This document shows positions 57,569-64,000 of a stretch of 64,000 nt of DNA, piece after piece. Origin of the DNA: Chloroflexia bacterium (GTDB taxonomy: Bacteria > Chloroflexota > Chloroflexia > DTKN01); assembly GCA_049970175.1 (NCBI GenBank), contig JBMFNL010000003.1, positions 5,652-69,651 on the forward strand. Direction: 5' to 3'. Each line of letters starts with the position of its first letter. Positions within the stretch are counted from its first letter, which is position 1. The notes under the pieces were generated by a model. It was not told the DNA's origin and did no database searches. It saw only the letters and a program-made list of their open reading frames with translations. The translations under genes and the position numbers were made by a program.

Positions 57569-58281
57569 CCCGGCCGGCCGCCTTCTTCGATATTGACCGC
57601 ACCCTGGTCGTGGGGACGTCGCTGGAGCACTGCTTCCTGCGGCTGGCCTGGCAGGAACAGGCGCTCAGCCTGGTGATGCTGGGGAGGGCTTTGCTTGCCG
57701 GCCTGCAGGCCCTGGGCTTCCTGCCGGGCGGAAAACCTTTTCCCTTTCCTTCCGGCCTCCCGTTCTTTACCCGCCTGCGCTACGCCTTCCTCAGCGGCAA
57801 CAAGTCCTACCTGCGGGGATGGCCTCTGGAGCGCTGTCAGGCGCTGGCCGAGGAAACCTTGCGCCGGGAGGTGCTCCCCCGCCTGAGCCCGGCGGGGATG
57901 GAACGAATCCGCCGCCACCAGGCCGAGGGCCGGCGAATCGTCCTTTTCAGCGGCACGCTCGACTTCCTGGGGGAGCCGCTACGGGCCTACCTTTCGGCCG
58001 ATCGTCTGGTGGCCGCCCGGCCGGAGGTCCGCGCCGGAGTGCTGACCGGCCGGTTGGTCGGTCCGCACCCTTATGGGGAAACCAAACGCACCCTCCTGCT
58101 CTCCATAGCCGCCGAGGAGGGTTTGGACCTGGAGCGCTCCTACGCCTATGCCGACCACCACACCGACATCCCGTTTCTGGCGTGTGTGGGGCATCCCGTG
58201 GCGGTCAATCCGGACCGTCGGCTGGCCCGGGAGGCCGGCCGGCGAAACTGGCCGGTGGAGATTTGGCCTCGAGAAGAGTAG
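57565..58281 (+). CDS. HAD-superfamily subfamily IB hydrolase
   Basis: AAFFDIDRTL, LFSGT, K, AYADHHTD, VAVNPD. ATGA overlap with the upstream gene. Confidence 0.9.
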   Translation: MTRPAAFFDIDRTLVVGTSLEHCFLRLAWQEQALSLVMLGRALLAGLQALGFLPGGKPFPFPSGLPFFTRLRYAFLSGNKSYLRGWPLERCQALAEETLRREVLPRLSPAGMERIRRHQAEGRRIVLFSGTLDFLGEPLRAYLSADRLVAARPEVRAGVLTGRLVGPHPYGETKRTLLLSIAAEEGLDLERSYAYADHHTDIPFLACVGHPVAVNPDRRLAREAGRRNWPVEIWPREE

Positions 58282-58310
58282 AGGCAACCTGTGCCCTGCC
58301 CCTACTACGC

Positions 58311-59072
58311 TCACGATCCACGTTGTTGCACCGCTCCGTGAACCACGCCTATCGCCAGGCGGGCCGGGTCCCGTTCCCCCGACACCCCGAACTCCTGGCC
58401 GACGATTCGGCCGTCCAGGAGGTGGATGACCCGACCGGCATACCCGGCCGCCTCGGGGTCGTGCGTGACCATCACGATGGTCTGGCCGGCCCGGTTCAGC
58501 CGGCGCAGCAAATCCAGCACCTGTCGCCCGGTGGCCCGGTCCAGATTTCCGGTAGGCTCGTCGGCCAGCAGGAGGGGTGGCTGGTTAACGATGGCCCGGG
58601 CTACCGCCACCCGCCCCTGTTCGCCTCCCGAAAGTTGATAGGGCAGGCGCTTCTCCTTCCCGGCCAATCCTACCCAGGACAGCACCTCCCGGGCCCGGGC
58701 CAGCCGTTCCCGGCGCGGAAGGGAGGAAACGGCCAGGGCCAGCAACACATTGTCCAGCGCGGTCAGATAGGGCAGAAGCTGCAATTGCTGGAAAACAAAG
58801 CCGATGTACTCATGGCGGAAATCGGCCTGCCGTTCCGGATTCAGCGCGTAGACATCGATGCCGTCGATGATGACCTGACCCCCGGTCGGCCGGTTCATCG
58901 CCCCCAGGATGGTCAGCAGGGTGCTTTTGCCCGACCCCGAAGGCCCCATCACGGCGACGAACTCGCCCTCGGCCACCTGCAAGGTGACCCCCTGAAGTGC
59001 CGGAACCGGCACGCCGTTCGTGTTGTAGACTTTGCTGACATCACGCAGGTCGATCATCAGATTTCTCCTCAT
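58311..59072 (-). CDS. ABC ATP-binding protein (LolD/MacB-type)
   Basis: GPSGSGKST, LSGGE, LADEPTGNLD, MVTHD. Confidence 0.93.
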   Translation of the reverse strand: MRRNLMIDLRDVSKVYNTNGVPVPALQGVTLQVAEGEFVAVMGPSGSGKSTLLTILGAMNRPTGGQVIIDGIDVYALNPERQADFRHEYIGFVFQQLQLLPYLTALDNVLLALAVSSLPRRERLARAREVLSWVGLAGKEKRLPYQLSGGEQGRVAVARAIVNQPPLLLADEPTGNLDRATGRQVLDLLRRLNRAGQTIVMVTHDPEAAGYAGRVIHLLDGRIVGQEFGVSGERDPARLAIGVVHGAVQQRGS

Positions 59073-60229
59073 AAGGAACGCAAGGCCAATGTCGGATCAA
59101 TTCGGGCGGCGTATCGGGCGGGATAGAAGCCGGCCACCAGGCCCACAACCAGCGCCGCCCCGATCGCGCCCAGGGCAAGCAGCGGATTCCAGGTTACCGG
59201 AACGGATACGCCGGCGATATGGGGGGACAACACCACGGCCGCTCCCATTCCGACCAGCCAGCCGAGGATCCCTCCACCCAGGCTCACCACGCCCACCTCG
59301 CCCAGGATGATCTGCATCACATGGCGTTGGCGAAAGCCCAGGGCACGAAAGAGGCCGATTTCCTGCCGGCGCTCGGCCACTGCGCCCAGCATCGTCGTCA
59401 ACACCACCAGGCCGCCAATGGTGACCACGACGGCCGCGACGGCCAGGGCAAAACGCTCCAGTTGGCCCACCGTCTGCATCCGCAAGGCGACGGCCTGCCG
59501 CAGAGCGGTGGCCTGGGCCTGTGGAAGCACCTCGTTGATCTGGGCAACGATGTCCTCTACCGGACAGCCGGAGCAAAGCGCAGCCACTTCCACCAGGCTG
59601 ATCTTTTCCGGCCGGCCCATGGCTTCCTGGGCCGCCGCCAAGTCCACGAAGAGGATGTCGTCATCCTGAGAGCCGTTTTCGGCCAAGATTCCAACCACCC
59701 GAAAGTTCCACCCGCCGGCCACGAGGGACGCGCCCGGCTTCCAGCCCAGGAGCGTGGCCAGTCGCTTTCCGACCAAGGCCTCGTCGGGCGCGGCCGGTTC
59801 TCGCCCTTCCTCCACCCGCCACCATTGCTTCAGGCGCAGTTCGTCGGCAAAGCGGACGCCGGCCAGCAGCACCGGCCGGCCGCCGATCTGGACGGCGGAG
59901 AGCAGTTTGGGGGCCACGATGCTGATGTTACGGGCGTTTTTGATCGTCCGGATGCGCTCCAGATCGGCCAGCGTCAGTTCACCCACATCGTAAGAGGTCG
60001 CCGCCACCGTCAGGCCCCCATAGGAGAGGGAAAGGCTGCTGGAACGGGGCACGATGAGGATATTGGCCCCGTATTGGTCCATTTTGTTGGCTATATCCTC
60101 CTGAAGGGTGGCCGTGATCGCGATAAGCGCCACCACGGTGCCGACACCCAGGACCAAACCCAGCACCAGCAAGGCTATGCGTCCCTTGCGGCGGCGCAGG
60201 TTGCTCCAGATCACATCGCTAAGGCGCAT
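59069..60229 (-). CDS. ABC permease, FtsX/MacB family
   Basis: NL.RRK.R N-terminus, large extracytoplasmic domain containing ALCSGCP, ERRQEIG..RALG, P...AARIDP..AL. Confidence 0.92.
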   Translation of the reverse strand: MRLSDVIWSNLRRRKGRIALLVLGLVLGVGTVVALIAITATLQEDIANKMDQYGANILIVPRSSSLSLSYGGLTVAATSYDVGELTLADLERIRTIKNARNISIVAPKLLSAVQIGGRPVLLAGVRFADELRLKQWWRVEEGREPAAPDEALVGKRLATLLGWKPGASLVAGGWNFRVVGILAENGSQDDDILFVDLAAAQEAMGRPEKISLVEVAALCSGCPVEDIVAQINEVLPQAQATALRQAVALRMQTVGQLERFALAVAAVVVTIGGLVVLTTMLGAVAERRQEIGLFRALGFRQRHVMQIILGEVGVVSLGGGILGWLVGMGAAVVLSPHIAGVSVPVTWNPLLALGAIGAALVVGLVAGFYPARYAARIDPTLALRSL

Positions 60230-60308
60230 CGTTTCCTCCGGGATTCTGTTACCCGACCAAGCCGGGAGCCCCCGGCCTGTCAGCGTCCTATCAGGGCGGA
60301 GGACGGTC

Positions 60309-60938
60309 CTAAAAGTAAATCAGGCCGGCAAGGAGGTCCTGGACACGGATGACCAGCATATCCCCTTCCACACTCCGCTCCAGGGGAGCCGGATTGCAGC
60401 CGCCCCGCACGATGTTGATCTGGTCGGTCGGGAAGCGGCGGCCGCAGTTGTTGCAGACCATCACATCCCCCTCCTGATGATAGCCCTTGCGGGCCGGATA
60501 GCAGACGTCGCAGGCGTTGAAAGCGGCGCGTACAATTCCGTCGCGGCTTTTGACGACGAAGAACTCGATCGGCCGGCCGTCGTGCATATAGGTATAGAAG
60601 TGGGCCCGGTAATCATCAAAGGTGGACAGCGGCAGGCGAATCAGGCCGTCCTGGGCTTCGACCAAGGGGTAGGGGGCGTGCCCGTAGGTGGCGGCCACGG
60701 CCGCCACGTTTCGGCGGGCCGGCGTTTCGCTGCCCCCGGGGTTCAAGAGGGGTGCGGTTCCGGCCGCGACGTCGGTCGCTCCCGAGAGCAGACGGGACAG
60801 CAGCAGGGCAAGCACCCCGCCGACTACCAGCAGGCCCAGAGTCCCGGTCAACAGCAAGCCGGTGGACAGGCGGTGCGAGCGTTTCGTCCGGGTAGCAAAA
60901 CGAGCCCGTTTGGCGGCCCGTGAAACGGTCTTGCTCAT
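60309..60938 (-). CDS. DUF2318-type membrane-anchored Cys-rich (putative Fe-S/metal) protein
   Basis: TM helix, then AAFNACDVC, GY.QEG..MVCNNCG..F, GGCNPAPL. RBS AGGAGG. Confidence 0.85.
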   Translation of the reverse strand: MSKTVSRAAKRARFATRTKRSHRLSTGLLLTGTLGLLVVGGVLALLLSRLLSGATDVAAGTAPLLNPGGSETPARRNVAAVAATYGHAPYPLVEAQDGLIRLPLSTFDDYRAHFYTYMHDGRPIEFFVVKSRDGIVRAAFNACDVCYPARKGYHQEGDVMVCNNCGRRFPTDQINIVRGGCNPAPLERSVEGDMLVIRVQDLLAGLIYF

Positions 60939-61075
60939 CTGAACCTCCTTTTGGCCCAATCCAACCTGCAGGCACACACTGCTATTCAGTCTAACCGGCC
61001 CGGCGCTTCGGAAGCAGCGCCAAAAGGCGCCCGATGGACAGGCTATATGGCCTATCCCCTCCCGGGATTCCGCTG

Positions 61076-61105
61076 TTGACAGCCTCCCCTCCTCCATGCT
61101 AGAAT
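61076..61105 (+). promoter_or_regulatory. Promoter of the two-component operon
   Basis: TTGACA-18 nt-TAGAAT with extended TG. Confidence 0.6.
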
Positions 61106-61144
61106 GCCGACGGCCGGCATCCGAAATTTCACTCGAGGTAACCG

Positions 61145-61798
61145 ATGGGGAAACCGCTCCGTGTCGTTCTAGCCGATGACCATGCGATGGTTCGCCAGGG
61201 CATCCGGCAATTTCTGGAAGAGGTGGACGACATCGTCGTCGTCGCCGAAGCGGCCGACGGCCAGGAGGCGCTGCGCATGGTGGCCCGGCATCGTCCCGAT
61301 GTTGTTGTGCTGGACATCCAGATGCCCGGCATGAACGGTATTGAGGCCACCCGGGAGATTCGCGCCCATTTTCCTGAGGTCCGTCTCCTTATCCTGACCG
61401 CCTACGATGACGACCCGTATATCGTGGCCCTGCTGCGGGCTGGAGCGGACGGCTACATCCTCAAATCGGCCGAGGCGGAAGACCTGGTGCGGGCCGTGAG
61501 GGAGGTGGCCGCCGGCCGGAGCGTCCTCAGCCCGGAGGTGGCCCGCCGGGTGGTACAGCACGTGGCTGCCGGTGGAGCAAGAGCGGCCAGCCCGGCGGAA
61601 GCGCTGACCGAGCGAGAGGTCGAGGTCCTCCGCCTGACGGCTCTGGGGCTCAGCAACAAGGAAATCGGACGCCGTCTGGGCATCAGCGCCCGCACGGTGC
61701 AGGGGCATCTGGCAAATATCTACGGCAAACTGGGCGTCAACAGCCGCACTGCCGCGGTGATGGAGGGTCAACGCCGCGGCTGGATCTTTCCCGAATGA
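61145..61798 (+). CDS. NarL/LuxR-family response regulator
   Basis: LADDH, VLDIQMP, GYILK, LTEREVEVL...GLSNKEI..L.IS.RTV..H...IY.KL. Confidence 0.95.
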   Translation: MGKPLRVVLADDHAMVRQGIRQFLEEVDDIVVVAEAADGQEALRMVARHRPDVVVLDIQMPGMNGIEATREIRAHFPEVRLLILTAYDDDPYIVALLRAGADGYILKSAEAEDLVRAVREVAAGRSVLSPEVARRVVQHVAAGGARAASPAEALTEREVEVLRLTALGLSNKEIGRRLGISARTVQGHLANIYGKLGVNSRTAAVMEGQRRGWIFPE

Positions 61799-63195
61799 GC
61801 ACCTTCTGGAAAACGCTGCGCGGCCTGCGGGCCCAGCTCTTCCTCTGGGCCATCCTGCCGCTAACGCTGGCCCTTATCGCCGTGGCCTTTACCGGGGTGT
61901 ACGGCCACGAGGCGACCATGCGCCGGATGGTCGGGGAACGCGACCTCCTGCTGGCCCGCGCCTATGCGCGGCAGGCGGCCGGTGTACTGGAGCGCTACGG
62001 GGAAAATCCTCCCTCGGAAGCCTGGGCGGCCCTCCTCGGCGAGACCCGTGTGGGACGGCAAGGGGTTATCTATATCCTGGACCCCGCCGGCTATGTGGCC
62101 TACCACCCTGACCCGACGCTGCGCGGTGCTGACTATCGGGGCCACAGCGGCATCCCCGAGGCGCTGGGCGGGGAAGAGGGTTCCACGTTCTGCCATGCCC
62201 CGGAGGGGACGGAGATGTACCTTTCGTATGCCGCCGTTGGCGAGACCGGCTGGCGGGTGGTGGTGGAGGAACCGTGGGACGAACTGGTGGACCCCGTCCT
62301 GCGACTGCCCGGGGTGGTGCCTTTTGTGGCGGTAGCCGCCGGGGTGGTGACCGTGCTGACCCTGGTGTTGGGGGCGCGTACGATGGTCGTGCCCCTGCAG
62401 CGGCTAGCCCGGGCGGCCGGCCGGGTTTCCTGGGGAGACCTCTCGGCCATCACCGAACCGGTCCACGGGGTGGAGGAGATCGAGGAATTGCAGCAGGCCC
62501 TGAAGGAGATGGCCGAGCGTCTTCAGAGTTACCAGAAGGGCATGCGCGACTACCTGGCGGCGATCACCGAGGCCCAGGAGAGCGAGCGGGCCCGTCTGGC
62601 TCGGGAGCTGCACGACGAGACGGTCCAGGCGCTGGTCGCCCTGGGACAGCGGGTGGAACTGGCCCGCCGGTCGCTACGACGGGGCGAGGTCGAAGCGGCC
62701 CGGTCCCTGCTGGAAGAGGTGCAGCGTGTGGCCAGGGAAACGCTGGAGGGGGTGCGGCGTTTCAGCCGGGACTTGCGTCCGCTCTACCTGGAGGAACTGG
62801 GTTTTGTTCCGGCCCTGGAGGCGCTGGTGCAGGAGGCCGGCCGCCAGGACCCTCTTCCCATCGAACTGCGCCTGGAGGGGACACCCCGCCGTCTTTCCCC
62901 GGATCATGAGTTGACCCTTTACCGCATCGCGCAGGAAGCGCTTTCCAACGCCCTGCGCCACGCCCGGGCCGAGCATATCTGGCTGACCCTGCGGTTCGAG
63001 GAGAACGGGGTCACCCTGACCGTGGCCGACGATGGGGTGGGCTTTTCCCCTCCCGCGCATCCCAGCCGGCTGACCCAAAAAGGACATTTCGGGTTGCTGG
63101 GGATGCGCGAGCGGGCCCTCCTGGCCGGGGGAACCCTCCGCATCGCCTCCGCGCCCGGCCAGGGCACGGTGATCGCTGTGCATCTGCCAGGATAA
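61795..63195 (+). CDS. Sensor histidine kinase (Cache-like, HAMP, HisKA_3)
   Basis: Two TM helices, YHPD...GWRVVV sensor, ERARLARELHD, RIAQEALSNALRH, DDGVGF, GLLGMRERA. Confidence 0.93.
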   Translation: MSTFWKTLRGLRAQLFLWAILPLTLALIAVAFTGVYGHEATMRRMVGERDLLLARAYARQAAGVLERYGENPPSEAWAALLGETRVGRQGVIYILDPAGYVAYHPDPTLRGADYRGHSGIPEALGGEEGSTFCHAPEGTEMYLSYAAVGETGWRVVVEEPWDELVDPVLRLPGVVPFVAVAAGVVTVLTLVLGARTMVVPLQRLARAAGRVSWGDLSAITEPVHGVEEIEELQQALKEMAERLQSYQKGMRDYLAAITEAQESERARLARELHDETVQALVALGQRVELARRSLRRGEVEAARSLLEEVQRVARETLEGVRRFSRDLRPLYLEELGFVPALEALVQEAGRQDPLPIELRLEGTPRRLSPDHELTLYRIAQEALSNALRHARAEHIWLTLRFEENGVTLTVADDGVGFSPPAHPSRLTQKGHFGLLGMRERALLAGGTLRIASAPGQGTVIAVHLPG

Positions 63196-63280
63196 CGGAT
63201 GTAGATTCGCAGTTGGGCAAGACGCCGTGCGAAGCCGGCCGGAGCACAGCGACGGCCGTATCGAGTCGGCAAAGGAAGTG

Positions 63281-63845
63281 GGGGGAAGTCCCCCTCAGCG
63301 GGGGTGCGGGGGCTCCGGGGGGCGTGCCATGCCCCCGGCCGGGGCGTCAGGGGCAGAGCCTCCGACGAAAGGGGCGGGAAGGCGCCCGAAGCGTTGATCG
63401 TTCCACGTTGGCCGGTGAGTATGTACAAACTCGGATGCCCACGGGAGTTGGCCGAAGCACGGGGACAGTTTGACCCCGGCGGCAGCGCTTTTCTGCAGGG
63501 GGAGTTTGAGGGGGACGGGTAGGGGCCGGCCATTGGCCGGCCCTCCCCCTCAAGAGGGGGTGCGGGGGGCAGGAGCCCCCCGCAGGAGAGCCGGGAAGGC
63601 GCACGACACGGATGAACACGGATACACGGATGGGGGCGCTCGGTTCGGCCGGAGCCTCGCCTCCAGGCGGGATAAGGTTTCGACAGGCTCAACCTAAAGG
63701 ACGGATGCCCACCAGGGCCGGCCGGCAACCCCATCTCCCATACCCCCGGGGGGTATGGGGAAATGCCCTCCCCCAGAGGGCGAGGGGGAACACCCGGCCC
63801 AGCCCGCCGGCCGGAGGCGGGATGCCGGGGGCAACGCCCCCGACC
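63281..63845. repeat. Mosaic of REP-like palindromes and short repeats
   Basis: TGCGGGGGGC-AGGA-GCCCCCCGCA, GGCCGGCCA-T-TGGCCGGCC, CCCATACCCC..GGGGTATGGG, (ACACGGAT) x3, AGGTTTCGACAGGCTCAACCT. Confidence 0.65.
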
Positions 63846-63853
63846 ATTGCCCC

Positions 63854-64000
63854 CTACTTCCTCCGCCCGGCCAGGAGGTCGCCTAGGTAGGCCCACGCCG
63901 CTCCCAGCCAGTTCAGCCGTCGCCGCAGGGGAAGGTCCAGTTCGCTCTTTTCGCACAGGGTGGAGATGCTCAGGCCGTCGATCTCCGGCTTGAGGGCACG
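63854..64000 (-). CDS. 3' end of a CDS entering from beyond the window; product unknown
   Basis: Open frame ...RALKPEIDGLSISTLCEKSELDLPLRRRLNWLGAAWAYLGDLLAGRRK-TAG with GC3-rich codons. Confidence 0.65.
   Translation of the reverse strand, partial: RALKPEIDGLSISTLCEKSELDLPLRRRLNWLGAAWAYLGDLLAGRRK

Noticed and set aside
63196-63853. Group II intron or IS element
   Set aside because: No domain V signature, reverse transcriptase, transposase or terminal inverted repeats were seen.

Overview
GC-rich bacterial chromosomal window. Gene content and short intergenic tandem repeats suggest Chloroflexota (inference, not tested). I found no CRISPR array, tRNA, rRNA, integrase or transposase. In order, the window holds: a truncated alpha-2-macroglobulin lipoprotein with its PBP1C partner; a single ~1235-aa SHMT-GcvT-GcvT fusion; a two-subunit CoA-transferase behind a terminator-containing leader; a 12-gene, ~13.5-kb minus-strand operon joining a Wsp/ACF-type chemosensory pathway to a PP2C phosphatase, TPR protein, RsbW-like kinase, STAS protein and a fused ABC-2 transporter; a CocE hydrolase; an efflux adaptor; rpsT; holA; 6S RNA; a class III aminotransferase; a long minus-strand run (mutM, PQQ-propeller pair, epimerase, GT4, argS, dGTPase, GalT-like protein, glgA); two paralogous lipoproteins; scpAB; a heterodimeric ABC exporter; PIG-L, M23, PgsA-like and HAD genes; a DUF2318/FtsX/ABC module; a NarL-type two-component system; and a hairpin-dense intergenic mosaic. 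The best candidates for something undescribed are the chemosensory-to-partner-switch operon, the SHMT-T-T fusion and several structured leaders or uORFs. All family calls come from recognising motifs by eye; no database searches were run.
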